64,000 bases of DNA from a candidate division FCPU426 bacterium (GTDB lineage: Bacteria > Oederibacteriota > Muellerivitia > Muellerivitales > Muellerivitaceae): contig CAVYSE010000011.1 of NCBI GenBank assembly GCA_963771075.1, forward strand, positions 160,001 through 224,000. The letters are read 5' to 3'. Under the pieces are notes generated by a model. That model ran no database searches. It was not told the DNA's origin and saw nothing but the letters and a program-made list of their open reading frames with translations. Each line of letters begins with the position of its first letter. Within the stretch, counting starts at the first letter, position 1. The translations under genes and the position numbers were made by a program. Positions 57,226 to 64,000 of the stretch are shown one piece after another.

Positions 57226-57729
57226 CTAGATTACCAACCCCATCCGGTAATCGTCCATGACAAACCCGCCGCCGATGTCGGTTACGACCGGCTCCAGTAT
57301 CTTGAACCCTAAGGCCTGGTAGACCTTGACCGAGGGGTTTTGCTTGTGGACGGTCAGGGTGATCCGCCCCAGATCCCGGCTGCGAGCCAGGGTTTTCACG
57401 AATTCCAAGGCGGCCCGCGCGAAACCTTTTCCCCGATGGATTCGCAAAAGGTAAAACTTACTTAAAAACAGCTCATCCGGGCGGTAGTAAATCGAAAGAT
57501 AGCCGGCGTTTTCCCCCTCGTTGATCTGAAGTAAAAAATACTGGGCTCCTTCCCGCATTTGTTCCTCGATCGCGTGGGCGGCCTGGAATTGGTGGAGCAT
57601 GTATTCCACATGGGTTTCCCCAATGATGGGAGCGTAATGTTCCCGCCAGATGGGAAGGGCCAAGGCCTCGACCGCGTGGCAATCCGCGTGGGTTTTTACC
57701 GGTACGTAATGAAGGGTATCCAAATTCAT
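57226..57729 (-). CDS. GNAT family N-acetyltransferase
   Basis: IWREHY, LSKFY, RGKGF, LTV, Y..LGF, MDDY.M. Confidence 0.88.
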   Translation of the reverse strand: MNLDTLHYVPVKTHADCHAVEALALPIWREHYAPIIGETHVEYMLHQFQAAHAIEEQMREGAQYFLLQINEGENAGYLSIYYRPDELFLSKFYLLRIHRGKGFARAALEFVKTLARSRDLGRITLTVHKQNPSVKVYQALGFKILEPVVTDIGGGFVMDDYRMGLVI

Positions 57730-57992
57730 AGATCGATTGTACAGGGTAGAATGGGGTGGAAAGGGCTAGAAAAAAAGACGAGTGGAAGGGCTCCGCTTTT
57801 CAAGATTATTTCCTGAATGGACTCGGGTAAAAACCGGGATATTGCCTGGGCCTTATCCGCAAATGGGGGTGCATTGAATTCTCAAGCCAAAGTGGGGTTT
57901 TTAAACGCTCCCATTTATAATGTCTTCCAGTCGGTTTGGGGGTTTGGAAAGAGGCTTCCGGCCCGAATATCGCCGACCCGGAGCCCCCCTGA

Positions 57993-60900
57993 ATGTCCCA
58001 TGATCACGAAATATCCCCACTGAACCGGGTTGTCTTCCGACTGGGTGCCTTATTTCTCGTTCTTCTTTTGTCCCCACACCTTTGGGCACAGTCCGCTTCC
58101 GTCACCCTGACCGTTAACTCCGCCACCACCCTGACGTCCTTTTATCCTATCAGCATCTTTGGAGCCAACGCGGCCTATTGGATATCCCAAACGGACAATG
58201 CCAACGTCCAGCCCCTGGTCCAAGGGGCGGGGAACTATTTCATCCGCTACCCAGGGGGGTCCTCTTCCGACGATTACCACTGGAACGGGACCGGAGCGGG
58301 GCCCAACAACGGTTATGACGCCAACGACTACTGGGTTCCCAGTGGTTCCAGTTATACTCCCGGCTTTCAGGATTACGACATCTACACCGGCACCACCTCC
58401 ACCAATTACGGCGTGCCATCCAACCTCACCGACGGGGACACCTCGACCGCCTGGCTCTCCAACGCGGACACGGATTTCCCCAGCCACCAATGGGCGGAAC
58501 TGGACCTGACGGGAAATGGTAGCGCGGGTTTTCCCGCGAACGCGGTCACCCACCTCAGCGCGGTCACAATTGTATGGGGGACGCCGTCCGCCGCGACTTT
58601 TCAAATCCAATATTGGAACGGGCCGAACGGGTATCCGGAACCCTATATGCGGTCCCCGGAGTACGGGGCGTCCGGGTGGGCGACGGTTTCCGCGGGCACG
58701 GTCATTGGAACGGGGGACGGAACCACCCAAGGAGTGACGTTCTCAACCGTTTCGGCGGAGAATATCCGAATACTCTTGCTTTCCAGCACAGCGGGCGCAA
58801 GTGGGGCCTATTCCATCGCCGAAATTTACGTTTACGGCCCGGGCGGCCAGGTGAGCCGAAACATCGACGCGGTGGACGGAAATAACGTGCCGACTCAAAC
58901 CTGTTGTGTGGTTTCCAGCATGGACCCGGCCAGCTCCTTCGACGATTCTTCTCAACCGCCCCAGGGTACAGATTTCGAGTCCTTCATGACCTACATCCAT
59001 TCCTTCTCGCCCAACGCTATTCCCCTCATCACGGTCAATTTCGGGACCGGAACCGCCTCCGAGGCGGCCTCCTGGGTCCAGTACGCCAACAAGACGGCCC
59101 ACCCGAATTTCCCGGGCGGGTACGGGATCAAGTACTGGCAGATCGGCAACGAGATGGAGGGGGCCTGGGAAACGGGGGGGCCTATCAACACCCGGGATTA
59201 CGTGCGGCGTTATATCGAGTACTTCACCGCCATGAAGGCGGTGGACCCATCCATCGCCATTACCGGGCCGGTGGCGGGAAGTTTTTTCGATTCCTCCGAC
59301 CTATACGACGGCAACGGCGTGGTCCAGGACTTCGTGAGCATCGGCGCGGCGGCGGGCGTGAGCCTCTTTGGAAACCCCAACGCTTTTCTCAACGCCATCG
59401 ACTACCATTGGTACCCCAATTATGGCGGTTATTCCTCGGCCCAGGCCCTGACCAGCACGGGCAGCCTGGACCTATTGCCCGCGGCCCTGCAGGGTTATTT
59501 CACTAGCGCGGGAGTGACCGGGGGGGGCCAAATCCCTGTCATTATGTCGGAATATAACGCCGACCCAAGCGATGAGAATTTCCAGGTGCAGTTGGGCGAC
59601 GGCCTTTTCGTGGCCGACGCCCTGGGTCATTTCATCAATGCTTTCGGGCCCGTGGGGTTTTGCAACCTCTGGGCCACCCTGAACGGGGGGGACGCCACGT
59701 CAAGCCCTACGGGCGGGGACTTGGGATACCTTAACGTGGCGAACGACGGCTACCAGTACCAGCCCCGGGCCGATTATTGGACCATGAAAATGATGACCAA
59801 CGACTGGGCGATCCCCGGCGACTCCAACAGCCACAAGCTGGTGCAGGTTTCCACAAACAACGCTCCCGATACTCTCCTAGCCGCCTACGCGGACTACCGG
59901 CCCGACGGGGTGCTCTCCCTGGCAGTGGTGAACAAGGACGCTGCGACGACCTTTAACGCCGTGGTCACCCTGGCCGCACCCTTCACGGCCAACGGCACGG
60001 CAGCCGCGTGGAGCTTCAATTCATCCAATTACCAGTGGGTTACCGCCGGGTCCCCGCCTTACCACGCCGCGCCCGACTTCGGGCCTTCCCCCCTGACCGT
60101 GACCGGCACGGGCAAGGCGTTCCCCGTGACCTTCCAGCCCTATTCTTTCACCGTCCTGCAATTCACCAACTCGGGACTGCCGACGAATACCGCAACCCCT
60201 TCCCCCACCGTCACCCTCACCCCCACGCCGACCCCGACCCCCAACTACGGGCCCTTTGCCTTGGTCGATAATTTCGAGGACCTGACCCGGGACGGACCCC
60301 GGCCCCCGGAGCGCACCAACCTTTGGAACGGCCCTTGGGACACCTACATGGATACCCTGGGGACCGACGTTACGGTGCAATACGGGGTGGCGCCTGGAAC
60401 GGCGGGTACTCATTTCGCGGCGAAAGTCTCCGGGATGGTTTACACCAACCAGCCCACCAGCGGCCCCGTCACGAACGGATGGTCCGTCTATTCGACCACG
60501 CTGAGCCAATGGCCCCTGCTGGTTTACGACTTGAGCGGCAGCGGCATCGTGGGGCTGGAATTCTGGTTCTACGGCGACGGGGCCACCTACCGGGCGGAAG
60601 TGCGCAGCCAGGCTGTCGCCGACGGTGACTACTACGGGGTGAACATTACCCCCGCCAAGAACCAATGGAGCTTCTACCAGATCCCCTTCACCCAGATGAC
60701 GCGGCAGGCTTGGGGAACCCAGACGGGGCTTCCCGCTACTTTCGCCGGAACGGACGCCACGGGTATCCAGTTCGTGACCCAGGATTACGGCCCCTTTTCC
60801 TACGAGGTCGATGAAATCGGATTTTATTCCGCCTCGGGCTTGTCCCCGACCGTGACCCCCTCCTCCACCCCGACCAACCTGAACGGTTTCACCTCCACGG

Positions 60901-63044
60901 TCACGGCCAGCCCAACGGTCACCCCGACTCCGACCTTGACCGCCAGTCCCACGCCCTCCGCCACCTTCCCCCCCTGCGGCACCGGCCTCTACCCAAGTTA
61001 CACCTTTGATACCGGAACCGAGTGCTGGGAGACCTGGGGCGGGCCGGTGGGATCGGTCTTCCAATGGGATTCCGCGGACGGGCACACGAGCCCCGGGTGC
61101 TTGGAAGCTATTTTCCCCTTCGCGAGCGGTAGCGTCAGTCAACCCATCCTGTACCTGGATTTCTCCTCCACGCCCATCAGCGTACCGGCGGGAAGCACCA
61201 TCAACCTCTGGTACAAGGCCTCCAGCACTACGGGTACCGCGCAAGTGTTCGACTCTAGCATCACCCAGGGCTCTGGCGGCCCGGTCTCCTGGGTTTGGAA
61301 CACGGGGGCCTGGCAGGGCAACCTCGCCACTTCCTGGACCCAGTTGAGTTTTACCTTGAACCCGGCCAACCCCAACGAGGTGCAGCAGATCGGGTTCCAG
61401 GTGCCCACGTCGGCCGGGCAGATCACCTCGCCGGTGACGGTCTGGATCGACGACGTGACGTTTAGCCTGGCCCCGGCGGCCACTTCCACCGCCACACCCA
61501 CGGTCACGGCCAGCCCCACTCGCACCTGGACCCCAACCCCCTCCTCCACCAACCAAGGGGGATTTACCTCGACCATCACCCAAACCCCGACCATTACGCA
61601 AACGCCCACAGCGACCCTATCCCCCACCCCGACCGCCACGGGCCAAATCGCCAGCCTTTGCGGTCAAAACCAGATGGTAACGGTCGGCTCCTACGTGGTG
61701 GAGACGGATTATTGGAACTACACCAACTGCCCCGGCGCCCAATGTATGACCGTCAACAGCGCGACCGGGGCCTTCGCCGTGACCGAAGGGCCCAATTGCG
61801 GCACGAACGTGGCCAGCTACCCCAACGTCCTTTACGGCTGCTCTTTCGGCGAGTGCAGCCCCGGCGGCTCCCTGCCCCTGCCGGTTTCCCTCCTGTCCTG
61901 CGTGACCAGCAGTTGGAACTTCAGCGTTGGAGGGAACCCCGCGACCGATTCCTGGGATGTGGCCTATGACATCTGGTTCTGCCCCACCGCGACCTGTGGG
62001 TCCGGGGGTTTCACCGGCGGTACCGAACTGATGATCTGGCTTAATTACGCGAACGCCGCGGGTTGGCAGAACCATATCGCCGCGGGGGTGCCCCTGAGCG
62101 GAAGCGATTGGGAAGTTTGGCAGGCCGTCCAAGGCACCTTCCCGGCCACCTGGACCTACCTGGCCTATTTGGCGGACACCCAGGTCACCTCCGTCTCCAA
62201 CCTGAACCTGGAAGCTTTTTTCCAGGACGCTTTGAACCGGGGCTATATCCAGCAGAACTGGTACCTTTATGCGGTTCAGGCGGGGGATGAAATCCGTTCG
62301 GGGGGGATGCCCTTCCTCAGCAACAGCTTCTCCGTCTCGGTCAACAACGGGTGCGGGACCCTTACCCCGACTCGCACGGCCACGGTCACGCCCACCTGGA
62401 CCTGGAGCACCACCCCCACCTGGACCCCTTCCCCCACCTCCAGCCCCAGCCGAACCCCCTCGCTCACCGCGACCTATTCGCCGACGGCCACCCTTGCCTT
62501 CACCCTCACCTCAATACCGTCTAATACCATAACCTCCACGCCTTCCCCGTCCCCATCTCCCACTCCGACCTCCACGGCAACGATCACGCCCACCGGGACA
62601 GTCCCGTCTTCCGCCACCCCAACTCCGATCGGTACCTTTACCTCCACGCCCTCCCCAACCCAAAGCCTTTCCCCCACCCAGAGCCCCCAATTCACGCCGT
62701 CCTTTACCCCCTCACCCCTTCCCACAGGTACCCCCACGATTTTGCCGAGCAACGGAGGGGTCTCTTTCAGCTTGCCCTATCCCAACCCGGTCAGGGACGA
62801 ACCCCAAGTGGCTTTCTCGGTACAGGCGCCCGGGACCGCGAGGGTGACGTGGGATGTTTTCACGGTGTCACTCCGGAAGGTGGCGAGCGGAACCCAGGGG
62901 ATCACCAACGGCGGAACCCTCGTATGGAAATTGGGGGATGACGCCGGGACCCCGGTGTCCGACGGGTTGTATTATTTGAGGGTAAGGGTGACCAGCGGAA
63001 ATGAATCGACGTCCCAGATCTGGAAAGTCCTTGTGTTGCGGTAA
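57993..63044 (+). CDS. Secreted multimodular glycosidase: clan-A-like GH with inserted discoidin domain + CBM11-like + CBM-like + GH12 + C-terminal sorting-like domain
   Basis: RYPGG, WQIGNE, SEYN; LTDGDTSTAW; VDNFED..WFYGDG..IPF; SYPN, VAYDIW, TELMIWL, AGDE; P/T linkers; YPNP...GLYY...KVLVLR. Confidence 0.8.
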   Translation: MSHDHEISPLNRVVFRLGALFLVLLLSPHLWAQSASVTLTVNSATTLTSFYPISIFGANAAYWISQTDNANVQPLVQGAGNYFIRYPGGSSSDDYHWNGTGAGPNNGYDANDYWVPSGSSYTPGFQDYDIYTGTTSTNYGVPSNLTDGDTSTAWLSNADTDFPSHQWAELDLTGNGSAGFPANAVTHLSAVTIVWGTPSAATFQIQYWNGPNGYPEPYMRSPEYGASGWATVSAGTVIGTGDGTTQGVTFSTVSAENIRILLLSSTAGASGAYSIAEIYVYGPGGQVSRNIDAVDGNNVPTQTCCVVSSMDPASSFDDSSQPPQGTDFESFMTYIHSFSPNAIPLITVNFGTGTASEAASWVQYANKTAHPNFPGGYGIKYWQIGNEMEGAWETGGPINTRDYVRRYIEYFTAMKAVDPSIAITGPVAGSFFDSSDLYDGNGVVQDFVSIGAAAGVSLFGNPNAFLNAIDYHWYPNYGGYSSAQALTSTGSLDLLPAALQGYFTSAGVTGGGQIPVIMSEYNADPSDENFQVQLGDGLFVADALGHFINAFGPVGFCNLWATLNGGDATSSPTGGDLGYLNVANDGYQYQPRADYWTMKMMTNDWAIPGDSNSHKLVQVSTNNAPDTLLAAYADYRPDGVLSLAVVNKDAATTFNAVVTLAAPFTANGTAAAWSFNSSNYQWVTAGSPPYHAAPDFGPSPLTVTGTGKAFPVTFQPYSFTVLQFTNSGLPTNTATPSPTVTLTPTPTPTPNYGPFALVDNFEDLTRDGPRPPERTNLWNGPWDTYMDTLGTDVTVQYGVAPGTAGTHFAAKVSGMVYTNQPTSGPVTNGWSVYSTTLSQWPLLVYDLSGSGIVGLEFWFYGDGATYRAEVRSQAVADGDYYGVNITPAKNQWSFYQIPFTQMTRQAWGTQTGLPATFAGTDATGIQFVTQDYGPFSYEVDEIGFYSASGLSPTVTPSSTPTNLNGFTSTVTASPTVTPTPTLTASPTPSATFPPCGTGLYPSYTFDTGTECWETWGGPVGSVFQWDSADGHTSPGCLEAIFPFASGSVSQPILYLDFSSTPISVPAGSTINLWYKASSTTGTAQVFDSSITQGSGGPVSWVWNTGAWQGNLATSWTQLSFTLNPANPNEVQQIGFQVPTSAGQITSPVTVWIDDVTFSLAPAATSTATPTVTASPTRTWTPTPSSTNQGGFTSTITQTPTITQTPTATLSPTPTATGQIASLCGQNQMVTVGSYVVETDYWNYTNCPGAQCMTVNSATGAFAVTEGPNCGTNVASYPNVLYGCSFGECSPGGSLPLPVSLLSCVTSSWNFSVGGNPATDSWDVAYDIWFCPTATCGSGGFTGGTELMIWLNYANAAGWQNHIAAGVPLSGSDWEVWQAVQGTFPATWTYLAYLADTQVTSVSNLNLEAFFQDALNRGYIQQNWYLYAVQAGDEIRSGGMPFLSNSFSVSVNNGCGTLTPTRTATVTPTWTWSTTPTWTPSPTSSPSRTPSLTATYSPTATLAFTLTSIPSNTITSTPSPSPSPTPTSTATITPTGTVPSSATPTPIGTFTSTPSPTQSLSPTQSPQFTPSFTPSPLPTGTPTILPSNGGVSFSLPYPNPVRDEPQVAFSVQAPGTARVTWDVFTVSLRKVASGTQGITNGGTLVWKLGDDAGTPVSDGLYYLRVRVTSGNESTSQIWKVLVLR

Positions 63045-63047
63045 GGA

Positions 63048-63398
63048 TCAGGCTCGGGGGATCGACTGTTTTTTCATCACGGCCATTTGCTCGGCGTAGG
63101 CCTGCAGGTTCGTGGCGCGGATTTCTTTCAGACATGCCGAGCGGTCGGATTTGAAGAGAAAACCGAAGATCGTCGAGATGAAATTATTGAATTTGCGGCA
63201 GTCCTTGGCATCGGGGAATTCCAGGCATTGGGCGCAAGTGGAAATACCCTTCTTGTTGGCGCATTTCTTCACCTGGCACCAGGAATTCGACTCGCTCTTC
63301 TGACAGCCGGAGCATTTTTCTTTCAGGTAAGAACCGCAGGCCCCGCAGTAGAGCCCACAGCAGGCGACCAGGGAGGGATCGGCCGTGATTTCGCGCAT
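63048..63398 (-). CDS. DUF3795-like Cys-rich protein
   Basis: CGLYCGAC, CSGC, C.VKKC, CAQC.EFP..C. Confidence 0.75.
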   Translation of the reverse strand: MREITADPSLVACCGLYCGACGSYLKEKCSGCQKSESNSWCQVKKCANKKGISTCAQCLEFPDAKDCRKFNNFISTIFGFLFKSDRSACLKEIRATNLQAYAEQMAVMKKQSIPRA

Positions 63399-63472
63399 GG
63401 AAAAACCTCGAATTTGGGATAAACCACTATAAAACCCCGGAGGGCAGGGGGAATATGATTCAAACTATAGAC

Positions 63473-64000
63473 TTACGGCTTCGTGAAATAACCTGAAAGG
63501 AGGACCCCTATTTCTTCCCTTTCCTCTTCATTCAGCCGGTACTCCAGGGCCGGGGCCAGTTCCTCCACTTGCTGAGGCGAGCGCACCCCCACGATGGCGC
63601 CCGTGACCTCGTTCCGGCGCAAGACCCAGGCCAGGGCTGCTACCCCGGCCTGGTATCCGTGACGGGCGGCGATCTTCGAGAAAGCAGTTTGAAGATTTAA
63701 GTTTTTCGTGAGCTTGGGTTCTTGGAAATGATCGCTATTTCGCCGCCAATCGCCTGGCGCCAGGTTCTGGATCTTTTCCCGAGTCATGCGGCCGCTCAAG
63801 AGCCCCGCTTGCATGGGCGAATAGACGATGACACCAATATTATTTTTGGCGCAGAAGGGAAGCACCTCCTCCTCCACGTCCCGTCGGATGGCCGAATAGG
63901 GGGGTTGGAGCGAGGTCACGGGGGCGATGGCCTGGGCCCGTTTTATTTGGGAGGGGGAGAAATTCGAGACAGCGATCCAGCGGACCTTGCCGGCTTTTTG
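63473..64000 (-). CDS. Aldo/keto reductase, 3' part (truncated by window edge)
   Basis: GKVRWIAVSNF, LQPPYS, YSPM..GLL.G, ALAWVL, IVG. Confidence 0.88.
   Translation of the reverse strand, partial: QKAGKVRWIAVSNFSPSQIKRAQAIAPVTSLQPPYSAIRRDVEEEVLPFCAKNNIGVIVYSPMQAGLLSGRMTREKIQNLAPGDWRRNSDHFQEPKLTKNLNLQTAFSKIAARHGYQAGVAALAWVLRRNEVTGAIVGVRSPQQVEELAPALEYRLNEEEREEIGVLLSGYFTKP

Noticed and set aside
57216..57990. Cobalamin riboswitch upstream of the BtuB-like receptor
   Set aside because: No B12-box recognisable; the receptor directly follows a GNAT gene, so substrate is left unassigned
60021..61601. Long antisense ORFs (526 aa here; also 24242-25225 and 28731-29639)
   Set aside because: Shadows of GC-rich coding strands with no recognisable motifs
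60180..62745. ACC/CCC-rich repeats as possible CRISPR or VNTR
   Set aside because: In-frame Pro/Thr linkers with synonymous variation, not repeat-spacer arrays

Overview
Gene-dense bacterial chromosomal window from a diderm organism. Pro/Thr-linker secreted proteins, FlgD/T9SS-like C-terminal domains and a PorV/PorQ-family gene resemble candidate-phylum genomes such as FCPU426; this placement is inference only. Five blocks: (1) ~0.4-19.8 kb O2/NO/iron genes (radical SAM AhbD/NirJ-like, two hemerythrins, Ric, DUF2249, nitronate monooxygenase family, A1-type cytochrome c oxidase, VIT1, a His-less kinase); (2) 20-31.8 kb acetate/acetyl-CoA and lysine-acetylation module (acs, DRTGG protein, ADP-forming acyl-CoA ligase, CoA-transferase-GNAT, deacetylase, porin, satP) ending in a Cys-rich Crp/Fnr regulator; (3) 33-43 kb two-component and sigma-54 signalling; (4) 46-50 and 58-63 kb secreted enzymes with C-terminal sorting-like domains; (5) 50-57 kb nickel uptake (nikR, NiCoT, TonB receptors). 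The strongest unannotated signal is an intergenic palindrome, ATGAC-N4-GTCAT, seen 11 times (8 exact), mostly centred about -41.5 from a -10 element. It points to a Crp/Fnr regulon, probably run by the Cys-rich regulator at 31105-31803, linking NO/O2 stress, acetate metabolism and nickel uptake. Also seen: NikR operators, a sigma-54 promoter with enhancer-like repeats, a structured sRNA candidate, a periodic palindrome in the cox operon, and homopolymer frameshifts that look like sequencing errors. No rRNA, tRNA, CRISPR array or transposase was recognised.
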